Assembly (NCBI RefSeq): GCF_006345805.1
Contig: NC_043001.1
Coordinates: 37,262,001 to 37,326,000, forward strand
From: Octopus sinensis
Taxonomy: Eukaryota
DNA length: 64,000 nucleotides
Direction: 5' to 3'
The number at the start of each line of letters is the position of its first letter. The stretch's first letter is position 1. The notes under the pieces were generated by a model. The model was given only the letters and a program-made list of their open reading frames with translations. It had not been told where the DNA came from and made no database searches. The translations under genes were made by a program, and so were the position numbers. Positions 26,001 through 36,073 of this stretch are shown here, piece by piece.

Positions 26001-29000
26001 TCCTATATCTAGATAAGTTGGAGAACCACATCTCACTCATAAGTTCCACTTTTTGGCATGGTTTTCCATTGTTGGATACCCTTCCTAAGGCTACTTTACA
26101 GCACATTGGCTGTTTTTTTTATCATAGATCGGCAATAGAGAAATCATCATGTCCTTGATAAGGCAACTCTACATTGTCTTCGAGTGTTCAACAATCATTT
26201 TACAGAGTATACTGAGTACCTTTATCATGGCACCAGCATAGGAGAAGTCTTGTCCCCTAAAAAAACTAAAGAGGCTCTCTGCTCTACATTGTCACTATTC
26301 ATTTGAAGTAAACATAGTGACCAAAAGGGTGAATAGAAGACAGTGATAACAGAGGGGGAACCAAGGTGAGGTGAAAGAAAGTATAGTATGTAAGTAAAAA
26401 AAAAATGATAGGAGAGAGAGACTAAGAAATGCAGGTGTGACGGAAAAGAGACATTGATAAGAAGCAACATGTTGTTGGAAAGGAGAATGAATAGAAAAAC
26501 AGCAGGAGTAATATGGAGTAACAGGGTGATAGAAGACAGAAATGTAAGTGAATGAATTTCTGTCAAATTTAATTAACATGATCTTCAAAAATGGCAATTA
26601 AATGTGTAACATACATGTCTGGCCTCCGTGCTGGTGGCACATAAAAAGCACCATCTGATTGTGGCCGTTTGCCAGCCTCATCTGGCACCTGTGCCGGTGG
26701 CGCGTAAAAAGCACCCACTACACTCATGGAGTGGTTGGCGTTAGGAAAGGCATCCAGCTGTAGAAACATTGCCAGATCAGACTGGGCCTGGTGCAGCCTT
26801 CAGGCTTCCCAGACCCCAGTTGAACCGTCCAACCCATGCTAGCATGGAAAGCAGACGCTAAACGATGATGATGATGATTAATGCTCTCTTAGCTAAGTGG
26901 ATCATATCACACACATAACTTTCATTTTAAGCTTGGTTTCTACAGTTATTTTTGTCTGCTTTCCCCATGCTAGCAAGGGCTGAATGGTGACTTACTTGAG
27001 GCTGAATTTTACAAGATGCTATTTCTATCACCAACTCTTACCTGTTTGTCAGCAAAGATTTTTTTTTTTATTTCACTGGTCTTCAAAAGCTCAGAATGTC
27101 TAGTCATAATGTCAACAGAGAATGTAAACATCATATCACTATTTTGATCAAGCAGTGACAAGTGAAACCTTGAAACATCAACATTCACAAATATACTCAC
27201 ACGCAATGAGTTTCCATATAGTTTCTACCTGTCAATTTCACTCACTCTAGACATTGGTCAACCTGGAGCTATTGTAGAAGACACTTGCTCAAGGTGCCAC
27301 ACAATAGGATTGAACTAAAAACCACATTGTTGGGAAGAGAACTGCTTAACCATAAACTCATGCATGCATGTACATCATCATCATTTAACGTCCGCTTTCC
27401 ATGCTAGCACGGGTTGGACGATTTGACTGAGGACTGGCGAACCAGATGGCTGCGCCAGGCTCCAATCTGATCTGGCAGTTTCTACAGCTGGATGCCCTTC
27501 CTAACGCCAACCACTCCGAGAGTGTAGTGGGTGCAGACAAGAAGGGTAAAACAAGGGAGATTTCAAGCATAACAACTTTCTTAATGAAGACATATACCTG
27601 CAACAGGTTTGATAGCATTTCTACTATAGGCCCACTGGTGATTACTTAGTCCTGATTATGTTTAAAATTTTTTTTTGTAACATATGTTAACATAATTTGG
27701 TCAAGATTCACACCAACAACAATTCCACATTTTTGGATTCATTCAAAATGGATTTTCAGTCCAATAGATGAGCATACTTTGGACAAAAAGGACACCAGTG
27801 TTCCACTGGTGCTATTAGAGTTGTAAGCAAATAAGCATCTCAAGCTGGTCTCCCAATATGTAAACTTACATGGATGATTTACATGATGTAATATGACCAC
27901 AAACTGTGCAGTTAAGATTATGTCTGAATCCTCTAACTGTGCAGAGTGTTCAAGCATTCATCATCATCATTATGTGTCCATTTTCCACACTGGCATGGTT
28001 TAGACAGTTTGACTGGAATTGGTAAGCCAGAGAACTGCATCAGGCTCTAGTCGGTTTTGGCTTGGTTTCTACAGCTGGATGCCCTTACTAATGCCAACCA
28101 CTCCACAAAATGTACCAGGTGCCTTTTATGTGTCACTGGTACTGACCACAACTACAATTTCAAAAAAGCACCATCTGAACATGGCCAATGCCAGTAACCC
28201 CTGACTGGCACCCATGCTGATGGCACAAAAAAAGCACCATCTGAACATGACCGATGCCAGTACCCACTGACTGCCCCCCCCCCATGCCGGTGGTACATAA
28301 AAAGCACTATCCGAATGTGATCAATGCCAGGCCCACCTGACTGGCTCCTGTGCTGGTGGCACATATAAAGCACCCTCTACACTCTAGAAACACTGCTAGA
28401 TCAGATAAAGAGCCTGGTGCAGCCACTGGCTCTCCAGACATCGGTCAAACCACCTAACCCATGCCAGCATGGAAAACGGACGTTAAACGATGATGACAAG
28501 TCTTCTCAAGCACAGCAAATCAACAAAACTTTTAGTCACTTGTTATCACCTCCATGAGTCTCCACATCTGAAGATCATCTTTCACCACATGGCCAATTTG
28601 AATTTTCTCACTGCATGCTAGTGTTCATTATTACAGACAGCCATTCATTTTTGTTCAAAGCAAGATATTCCCAATGAACAATGCTGATGTTCAAGAACAT
28701 AAGACCGTTTTTGGTAATGTTATAATCATTTTTGGTTTGTGCTGGGGATATTTTCTGAGAAGCAATTAGAGTAATCACTTTGGAAGCATGACATCATCAA
28801 AATTGATGACATGACTAATACCAATAGTATTTGATGAGGCAAGTTTACATATGGACATTATCTATATTTCCCAGTACTTTTAACAGATGTAAAAGATTTC
28901 CAGATGATGCTGAATATATATCTTAGACACATATGATTAAATTTCTCAAATATTTAAATGTGTCATCGTCCATGTCTCAGATGAGTATAGCTGGGATGTG

Positions 29001-30413
29001 ATGATGCAAAAATTAGGCAGACAGTTTCAAACCCAATATCTGACCACAATCGTTTTTCCATGTCCCAAACGCAACAGAATCCTTTTCAGTCCTCAAGTTG
29101 ATCCATCCCTGAAGACAGAATTGCCAAGATACACAAAACAATTCATAATAGCAAGTCCGGTTCTTTGGACAAGTATATTTGGTTCCGCACAGGTCCCTCC
29201 AGGAGCAGAGGTATCCAAAATTTCCAAGGTGAATAAGAAGTGGTAGATGCAGATAGACTAAAAAATCGAAAACGGCATATTTAGATGAATTCTAAGGAAA
29301 TTAAACTTCCTTTGGAGATGGAACGGCGTTTAAGACTGCATTAAAATATACTGTTATTTATATCTGTCCAAACTACTTCAAAGTAGAAAAATAAAAGCTA
29401 TGGTGATACTGCAAGCTAAAAACTAAGAAACTGTATGACTACAAAATATTTTCATACTTCAAGTAGTGCACAGCAGTTTCAAATGACATATCTCTAAAAT
29501 TTGTCAACAAAAATAGAGTTATGTCCCTTATGTCATTGATAATAACATCCTACATTAATGAAAGCTTGATTTTCTAAACCAAAATAATATTATATTTACA
29601 TTTAGTTGTTAGTCTGATGATAACAGAAATAAAAACTACGCACATTTTTTAGTTAAGAACTCAAATTTATGTTAAATAAAACAAAATTAACAGCAGCTAA
29701 ATGCATCCCAAATTCAGCTTTTCTTAGATCTGATTTTCATATACTACTTAAACATAAGGTAAGCTTTTCCTAAAAGGTTAGTTTGACAAATGTATACTGC
29801 AGTCCCCATTAGATGAAGTTGCCCACTCGTAACTAGATAAGGCCAAAGTCAATGTTCCACACTCTCGTCCATTACTCATCGCATCATCAATGATCACGGA
29901 CTTAATGATCAACAATACACGACTGTATATAAAATCCTGACTGAATTTAAACGTCGTGTTAACTCTAAAATATATTTAAAAAAAAAAGAAAAAGAAAAAT
30001 ATTTAAACATTCTTCCAACAGATCTGAATTAACTTCTTAAGAGACATTGTCACAACTAAAGGGACAAGACTACGAGTTTGATATACAATAGAAACTGCCG
30101 TGTTTCTAGATAAACAATTACGCATGTTTGGGGTCGCTAATAGCTACACCACTGTTTTCTCTATCGTAACAATGATTAGAATATGATTCATAAAAAAAGT
30201 CAGCAATGAATTGATACAAATAACAAACATGCTTCGAAACTCTTCGGCACTTTGTATTTTGGTTGGTTTGCTTTGGTCACAATACCTCGTGTCAAAAGTT
30301 GTAATTCAGTGAATGGCCGGATAAAATTTTTTTCAAGAAATACATACCTCAGATTTATTTGATGCATCCTGTAGCACACCGAAATCTTTATATAGCTGTT
30401 CAACAGTGACCAT
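3714..30413 (-). CDS. API5: Apoptosis inhibitor 5, complete 13-exon gene model (562 aa)
   Basis: join(complement): 30348-30413, 20550-20711, 19365-19533, 17347-17498, 15654-15794, 14300-14365, 12865-13059, 10085-10272, 8979-9072, 8384-8503, 7031-7062, 5634-5758, 3714-3892. All introns are GT-AG with matching phases; total 1689 nt, one open frame. Recognisable API5 motifs: MVTVEQLYKDFGVL, EKRLASQFIARFFKHFP, KNVHS, KLQFSYVECL, LQYFARGVQVYIKQLR, PPGGKYS. Confidence 0.97.
4278..4420 (-). mobile_element. RTE-like LINE 3' end fragment
   Basis: Minus frame YPNVISRDTGIKQQDLRNAMMDREV*RSIVNSIVSTTVEQ* followed by a short TGATGA tail; typical RTE C-terminus. Confidence 0.6.
5035..5206. repeat. 172-bp near-perfect palindrome
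   Basis: 86-bp arms centred on TCAG|CTGA (5120/5121); 5 mismatches, no indels, no spacer. Confidence 0.92.
5204..5551. repeat. 348-bp foldback (hairpin MITE-like) element
   Basis: caagattcctgatatgaaatcgtgtg... pairs with ...cacacgatttcatatcaggaatcttg; loop about 5370-5384. Confidence 0.88.
5634..5758 (-). CDS. API5: API5 exon 12
   Basis: (G)IKRTSNEGFDYNTNRKSPKQDRALYAPPGGKYSQKAGTFPQ; resembles the vertebrate QIYNPPSGKYS segment. Confidence 0.93.
6238..6555 (+). mobile_element. tRNA-derived SINE (family 1)
   Basis: A-box TGGCCGTGTAG..., B-box GAGTTCAGTCC; body shared with copies at 6588, 12293 and 58647. Confidence 0.75.
6588..6955 (-). mobile_element. tRNA-derived SINE (family 1), near full length
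   Basis: Reverse complement gtggctgtgtggtaaatagcttg...ggttcaatccc...gactgaaacaa. Confidence 0.8.
7031..7062 (-). CDS. API5: API5 exon 11 (32-nt micro-exon)
   Basis: ttttgtattttcag|IPSKSPPANI(G)|GTATGT; phase 0 to 2, needed to join exons 10 and 12 in frame. Confidence 0.85.
7573..7783 (+). mobile_element. Truncated RTE 3' UTR copy with (GAT)n tail
   Basis: aaaagcacc...gcatggaaaatggacattaaacGATGATGATGATGATGA; homologous to 47160-47471. Confidence 0.8.
8384..8503 (-). CDS. API5: API5 exon 10
   Basis: NKIKVIALKITSNINILIKDLLHTPPVYKSVVNLSWKPIH; GTGAGT donor. Confidence 0.97.
8714..8759 (-). ncRNA. Minimal type I hammerhead ribozyme motif (degenerate stems I and II)
   Basis: CTGATGA-aggctg-gagggtatat-caact-GAAAC-GTT-gtgtt. 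Confidence 0.7.
8835..8880 (+). ncRNA. Minimal type I hammerhead ribozyme motif
   Basis: gacac-CTGATGA-a-ggctg(loop)cagcc-GAAAT-GTT-gtgtt; stem I gacac/gtgtt, stem II ggctg/cagcc. Confidence 0.78.
8979..9072 (-). CDS. API5: API5 exon 9
   Basis: (R)LQYFARGVQVYIKQLRTALHGKTGDALKTDE; heptad-repeat region; GTTAGT donor. Confidence 0.97.
10085..10272 (-). CDS. API5: API5 exon 8
   Basis: EYMPLPPSEE...KLQFSYVECLMFTFHQLGRKCPSFL...RLKDFRV(R); phase 2. Confidence 0.97.
11081..11293 (+). mobile_element. SINE family 2 (ggcggcgagctggcagaa... head)
   Basis: Shared head and gagttcaaattc B-box-like motif with copies at 15960, 17905, 31929, 42581 and 45716. Confidence 0.75.
12293..12662 (-). mobile_element. 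tRNA-derived SINE (family 1)
   Basis: Collinear with 6588-6955. Confidence 0.8.
12865..13059 (-). CDS. API5: API5 exon 7
   Basis: KNVHSKVFVSYICDHV...QLEMLKLFAEISEF...IYEKLI; GTAAGT donor. Confidence 0.97.
14300..14365 (-). CDS. API5: API5 exon 6
   Basis: PEDPDSADRLMQCVKQSLPLFS; ttcttctatag acceptor, GTGAGT donor. Confidence 0.95.
15654..15794 (-). CDS. API5: API5 exon 5
   Basis: VLMDVTCMEF...TVTGRQQLVDIIIMQAELDQKFN; the GTTGGT donor is required for phase 0 with exon 6. Confidence 0.93.
15960..16172 (-). mobile_element. SINE family 2
   Basis: Reverse complement of the family 2 head and body. Confidence 0.7.
16372..16880 (-). mobile_element. RTE 3' UTR copy with an expanded 50-60 bp internal tandem array
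   Basis: (CAT)n start; 5-6 units of ggtgcttttt..gtgccac... Confidence 0.82.
17347..17498 (-). CDS. API5: API5 exon 4
   Basis: GTLKGLFSMILGENDCLRDLALKFLTNKVKVLPEDTLGKEDEDLIVGECRK; GTATAT donor. Confidence 0.96.
17905..18136 (+). mobile_element. SINE family 2, young copy
   Basis: CpG-rich ggcagcgagctggcagaaacattagcacgccgg...; A-rich tail. Confidence 0.8.
18850..19093 (-). mobile_element. RTE 3' UTR copy with (GAT)n tail
   Basis: (CAT)n then cgtttagtgtccgctttccatgctagcatgg. Confidence 0.8.
19365..19533 (-). CDS. API5: API5 exon 3
   Basis: IRKQAIKDLPALCRVTPEFVSKIVVALIQLLQ...SINAS(G); contains LxxLL (LIQLL); GTTAGC donor, phase 1. Confidence 0.96.
20550..20711 (-). CDS. API5: API5 exon 2
   Basis: HEEQYLSILSAVKSGASEKRLASQFIARFFKHFPQLSQESFNALFELCEDDDIT; ttttcag acceptor, GTAAGT donor. 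Confidence 0.97.
21436..21731 (-). mobile_element. RTE 3' UTR copy with (GAT)n tail
   Basis: Same family, 3 internal units. Confidence 0.8.
22581..25987 (-). mobile_element. Internally deleted Helitron with PIF1-like helicase pseudo-ORF and both termini
   Basis: 5' A|TCTTCTATATCTATAAAA (25987); 3' degenerate hairpin (22591-22610) then CTAG|T (22581). Motifs ENGQRVYF, FLDAPGETGKT, LIV*DECTMAHK, GDFRQTLP, RAILAPKN, FAMSINKSQ, with frameshifts and stops; no Rep catalytic motifs seen. Confidence 0.92.
24809..25029. mobile_element. TTAA-flanked (piggyBac-type) MITE inserted in the Helitron
   Basis: TTAA|ccctttagtgtt...aatgctaaagga|TTAA; removal restores the helicase-proximal frame ATYCEACLKRSLLDGGAQWDATM. 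Confidence 0.88.
26617..26878 (+). mobile_element. RTE 3' UTR copy with (GAT)n tail
   Basis: Same family. Confidence 0.8.
27373..27535 (-). mobile_element. RTE 3' UTR copy
   Basis: Same family, short. Confidence 0.78.
27958..28148 (-). mobile_element. RTE 3' UTR copy (older)
   Basis: Same family, diverged. Confidence 0.7.
28162..28496 (+). mobile_element. RTE 3' UTR copy with 4 internal units
   Basis: Repeated aaaaagcaccatctgaacatg units; GATGATGA tail. Confidence 0.75.
28600..29230 (-). mobile_element. Degraded RTE (BovB-like) RT C-terminal fragment
   Basis: Minus frames EPNILVQRTGLAIMNCFVYLGNSVFRDG, KDSVAFG and LYSSETWT; many frameshifts. Confidence 0.65.
30348..30413 (-). CDS. API5: API5 exon 1 (coding part)
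   Basis: MVTVEQLYKDFGVLQDASNKSE; donor GTATGT; phase 0. Confidence 0.95.
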
Positions 30414-30540
30414 CTTTTCCGATCACGTTCCACAGAATCAATACAGATCCACCGCCAATAACAGTTCTAACCGAAATAGCATGGGGCAGCACTGAAACCG
30501 GAAGCTAGCTCCGAAATGAAGATGCTATGGGCTATCATTT
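30410..30540 (-). promoter_or_regulatory. API5 promoter / 5' UTR region
   Basis: Local CpG enrichment upstream of the ATG; ETS-like CCGGAAG at 30498-30504; YY1-like AAGATGG overlapping the start codon. Confidence 0.4.
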
Positions 30541-31928
30541 GACTAGAAATATTTATCACATTAATTTCAGTTTGTATTTAAGTAATATATTTTTTTTAAA
30601 TTTATTATGTGTTTTTTGAAATACATAACTTTTATGAATTAATAAAATTGTAAACTGACCTACATTCAGTTGACTGCTCGGCGATAAGACTCATTACTTC
30701 GCAGGTATTGTTTCAATTGGTTATTGCCCCTGCATTTTAGAATTTCTGTACCGATCAGTTATCTACCCCTGTCTCTTGGATACTGTTATGCTTAACAATA
30801 TTATGTTTAACAATAGCAACTGGAAGAGAGAAATTTCGTGTTGAAACCAGTTTGCTTTACTTACTTGAATAATCACCGTTATTCATAAATATAACGTCAT
30901 TCCCTTTTTTCGTATAATGAGGAATATCGGTTCTTCAAGGATAGGTTCAAAAAATTTCAACATCTATCATTGTCATAAAAAGAATTATTTGGTTTAAGAA
31001 CACGATCTTTGTTTCCTTCCCTTGCTATCACATCTAAATTATGTCGACAAAATTAGAACTGCGCATATAGTGAACGAAAGAAAACATTAGCCCCAAACCT
31101 AATATTTAAATATATCTGAAGTACTTTCACACTAACTTAAATGCTTTTAGATCTTTTTTTTATTTTTTGCGTTTTCTGAGTTTTTTTTAAAATTATGATG
31201 TCGTGATACAATGCCATGCCAATTCATGTACATTATTGTACATTTATATACTGATTTTCTTGTCACCAAGTGCAAAAATGGTTATAGTTTGCTGAGAAGG
31301 ACTAATAAGACCTTAACATGTCCAGAGTTATACTCTGCTTTGCAAGAAGGGAGACGAATGTCACTCATTTTCCAGCAGCATTCTGCAACTAATTGAACAG
31401 CATAACAGTCTTCTATAGGGTACAAGAAAGAAAATCCAAGAAAACAAAATCACACAACAGCTTCACACTTTTTGATTGCTTAATAGACTGATCATGTAAA
31501 ACTGTAGTGGTTCACTCATGTCTGACCGATTATTTCATGGTTTCAGATATCAAATCACTGCTACTAACTGTAAAATCATGTTGCAACATTTTTTACTTAC
31601 TTAAATAGTGTTACTTGTTTTTCTTTTTGCTTTCTCCACAGCCAATCCAGAACATGCAATATGATGTTTTCTTCCCCCTTACTACATTAATTATTTTAAT
31701 TAATTGAGAATTTAGTGCTATCGACCCTATCTGTCATTATCAGTTTTAAGGACTGGACTAAAGTTTCCCGTTTCACAATTATTTAATTGAAACAGAAGTC
31801 TCAATTATAATTGTTTGGCTCACTATACTGACTTAAAAGTATTAATTATGAATAGTTGATAATTTTCAAGAAAACTAAAGTTTACACTACAAAACAATTA
31901 TGCAATTTATATTAAGAGTAGCAATTTA

Positions 31929-32142
31929 AGGCAGTAAACCACCAGAATTGTTAGCATGCCAGGTAAAATGCTTAGTGGCATTTCATCTGTCTTTACATTC
32001 TGGGTTCAAATTTTACTACAGTTGACTTTGTCTTGCATCCTTCTGGGTCAATAAAATAAGTACCAGTCAAGCACTGGGATCAAGGTAATCGATTCACACT
32101 ATCCCCCAAATTTGCTGGCCTTGTGCCAAAATTTGAAACCAA
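31929..32142 (+). mobile_element. SINE family 2
   Basis: Diverged copy of the family 2 head and body. Confidence 0.7.
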
Positions 32143-32309
32143 TGTTAATTGTAATAATAAGTAGATGTATGTAATGTAAAACAGGTAAAATGTACGGTAC
32201 ACTTGTTCTACATCTGAGTTAAGGTACTCTATGTACTTTTACTCACAAATAGGACTACAGAAATCCTGTACTTTATATTTCCAAGCATTATGCTTCTGAA
32301 CATCTTACT

Positions 32310-32771
32310 CATCATTATCATCATCATCATGGTTTAACGTCCACTTACCATGCTAACGTAGGTTGGACGGTTTGATTGAGGACTGGCAAGCCAGGAGGAC
32401 CTGGGAAAGTTTCTGTAGCTAGATACCCTTCCTAATGGCAACCACTCTGAGAGTGTAGTGGGTGCTTTTTACATGTCACTGGCATGGGAGCCAGTCAAGA
32501 GGCACTGGCATCGACCACATTCAAATGGTGCTTTTTCCATGCCACCGGTATGTGAGCTAGTCAGGTGGCACTGGCATCAACCATACTCAAATGGTGCTTT
32601 TTATGTGCCACCGGCATGGGAGTCAGTCAGGCAGCACTGGTGTTGACCACACTTGAATGATGTTTTTTATGTGCCACTGGTACAGATGCCATTCAGGCAG
32701 CACTGGTATCATCCATACTTGAATGGTGCTTTTTACGTGCCACCAGCATGGGTGCCAATCAGACAGCACTT
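32310..32771 (-). mobile_element. RTE 3' UTR copy with 5 internal units
   Basis: Repeated aatggtgctttttatgtgccac units. Confidence 0.8.
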
Positions 32772-33067
32772 ACTGTTAACTGGAAGTTCATACCATGAAA
32801 TATATTTTCCCATTGTCTTCATACTTGAGTAACATATCCAAAATTACAACTAAGTAATTGTACTGACCAGAACATAAGTGAAAGTTTTGGGTCTAAAAGA
32901 CTTTTAAACCTAACATCTATCCTTTCCCATTCTCTTACATCTTTAATTTGCCTTATAAATATAGTGTTGTCAGAATCATTCTACCAATAAAAACACAGCC
33001 ATGCACATTTGTTGTAGTTCACTTTTTATTAGTTATGATATATATATATATATATATATTTACATAC

Positions 33068-33101
<34 letters not shown>

Positions 33102-33204
33102 TAAAGCAAGATCTTTGAAAGTTGAGTCTCATGCAGGTGATAACAAGTGATTAAAACCTTTGGCGATTTGATGTACTTGAGAAGATTCGTCGAGTGAAAC
33201 TATA

Positions 33205-33473
33205 GCTGGGGCCAGTATCAGTGACATGTAATAGCACCTGTATTAGTGACATAACACCACCCATCTCAGTGACGCATAAAAGCACCTGCACCAGTGACAT
33301 GTTGAAGACACCCTCTACACTCTTGGAGTGGTTGGTGTTAGGAAGGGCATCCAACCACAGAAACCAAAACAAAATCAGACTAGCACCTGGTACAGCTCTT
33401 TGGCTTACCAGTTCCAGTTAAACTGTCTAACCCATGCCAGCATAGAAAGTAGGCACTAAATGATGATGATGAT
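33205..33473 (+). mobile_element. RTE 3' UTR copy
   Basis: Same family, (GAT)n tail. Confidence 0.72.
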
Positions 33474-34769
33474 ATACATGCACACATATATATATATATC
33501 ATTATAATCATTATTTTGAAGTCCACTTTTCCATGCTTGCATGAGTTAGATAGAGGTTAAGGAGGTAGATTTTCTATAACCAGATCCCCTTCGTGTCACC
33601 AACCCTTACATGTTTCCAAGCAAGGTAATATTTCCCCATAGTTATACATGTTCTTGCACAATACTGAAAATGAAGGACACTACTCATAAGACAGTGACAT
33701 TCATTAATATCTATCATGCCATGAGGCGACAAAAAGACAAACACACACACACACATATACATACATTATATATATATGTAAATATATACATATGTGTGTG
33801 TATGTGTGCACGTACGCATGACAGGCCTCTTTTATTTTCAGTCTATGAAATCCACTCACAAGTCTTTATCAATCTGATGCTATAGCAGAAGATACCTCCC
33901 TAACAGACTATGCAGGGAGTTGAACCCAAAGTTATGAGGTTAGGAAGCAAACTTCTTAACCACACAGATATACCTGTATGAGTGTATGTGGATGAGTATG
34001 TTATTGTAGACATCTAATTAAGTATCTTTCAGTCTCTCTGACTCTTGTTATTTATGCAGTACCATCAGAAAATATTATATGATAACTGCCCAGAAATTAG
34101 TCTTTTCATCTAATACTTTTGAAGAATCTGTTATCATACTATCCATAAATGTGTAGCCTTGTACCTCAGTAATATAATTAAAAACTGTAATTTTTCTTTT
34201 ACATATCTTGTTCCATAATTAGATGGAATACAGTCAACTGCTTCAACTTAGGTATAACACGAGTATTTTCACACTACATGATACTAATACACTTCTTATG
34301 AAACAAAATTTCTATGAAAAATTCAATTAGTAGTCAATAGATATTGCTTGAAAGTCTTATTCAAGTCATGTACAAAGCAAACTCTATAGCTATTTTCTAT
34401 TGTAATTGACACAATAATGGACTCTTTTTTTTAAAGTAAGCCTTCTTTTACAAAGATAGCATATATCTACAACAACCTTACACAGTGTGTTTTTCTTTTC
34501 TTAATTCAGTGAGATATAATATGGGGGGAATTTGGTTACTATGTTTAGCAATTCGAGCAATCATATAGAGACTTCTTTAGTTAGTTCCTGATGGTCTTGT
34601 TCTTTTACAACTTCAACATCCTGACTAGTTATGAGCATGTAAACTTCTGTTCTGACCTAACTAGTTACCATACATATGCTCAGCATCAATCTGTCATCCT
34701 TTCGCATTCTTCTGCCTTTCCAACTACCATTACATATTAATTGCCGATAGGGACACTGTATTTCGTTTT

Positions 34770-35330
34770 GCAACTATATATTCCTACCGCTCTGTGTCAC
34801 GCTGGTGAGACCCATATTGGAGTATGGGATTCAAGCCTCTTCTCCTTATCTCCTCAAAGACATACATCATCTTAAAAGAGTCCAGAAGCTAGCTACCCGC
34901 ATGGTTCTTGGTCTCAGCATTTGTCTTATGAAGAAAGGCTGAAGACGCTCAACCTTTATTCTCTAGAAAAACGACGACACCGTGCTGATCTCATTCTTGC
35001 TCACAACATCATAAGCAGAAAGTGTAACCTCTCGAAAGAGCTGTTCTTCACTCCTGCTCCAGAGCGTAGGCTGCGGGGTCACTCCGAAAAGCTCTATCTG
35101 CAATGACTTCATCTCAATCGAAGGAGAGGGGCTTTCTCCATCTGGGTTGTGGATCCGTGGAATAAGCTGCCAGACGAGATAGTGAAGATGCTGATGATCA
35201 CTCGGTTCAAAGACTCTCTTGACCAGAAATGGCCTGAATTCTTTGCATGAACACCACCCTGTACATAACTCCATGTCCCCCTACATGGCCTTGCTTTTGC
35301 TTTTTGAGCCAAAAAATTAACTTAACTTAT
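34770..35330 (+). mobile_element. CR1/L2-group LINE 3' fragment
   Basis: LVRPILEYG...RVQKLATRMV...SYEERLKTLNLYSLEKRRHRADLI...RGHSEKL...WNKLPDEIV; (AACTT)n tail. Confidence 0.88.
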
Positions 35331-35784
35331 GCTACCAAGTATATTACAGGTTTCAAAGTCCTACTTTTGTGACAGCTGTACAATACAATCCCTTTTAAGC
35401 TTATCTCTTAAATTAGCGTATCCAATACTGTTACCCTACTAAACTTAGTGGGTATTTAAGCAATGTGTTCATGGATGGTTAATAGGTTGGATGTGGTGCT
35501 GAAGAAAGAGCAATAACTCCTGGAATATGCATTTACCACCTTTACCAATTTTCCTTTCATTATTCACATTGTTTACATAGACATACTCATGTATGAAATG
35601 TCACAACTTTCAGTGCTGGCTCTAAATTCTATAGAAAATCTGTAGAGATAAACTTAAAAGTGTCTACCATTACAGTACATTTTACTCCACTTTTCATCAT
35701 CCATGATTTATTGATCTCTCATCTCCATCAAAATTCTTCTTTTATTGCATAGCTCTGGAGGATTTTCTCTAACATAGTAGATAT

Positions 35785-36073
35785 CACCGTGATCACCGTG
35801 ACCGACCAGGCTATCAGATGTTGCTGGTCACAATGTGCTTCGCATTGTTTTAGCCTTCAAATGACGCCACCCCACTGGCTAAGTGAGCAGGCCAACAGAA
35901 GAAAGAGTGAGAGAAAGAGTACAGCAGGGATCGCCACCACCCCCTGCCAGAGCCTCATGGAGCTTTAGGTGTTTTCGCTCAATAAACACTCACAACGCCT
36001 GGTCTGGGAGTCGAAACCGCGATCCTACGACTGCGAATCCGCTGCCCAAACCACTGGGCCATTGCGCCGCCAC
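35785..36073 (-). mobile_element. Young full-length tRNA-derived SINE with a 16-bp TSD
   Basis: TSD ctaacatagtagatat at 35769-35784 and 36074-36089; A-box TGGCCCAGTGG, B-box-like GGTTTCGACTCC. Confidence 0.9.
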
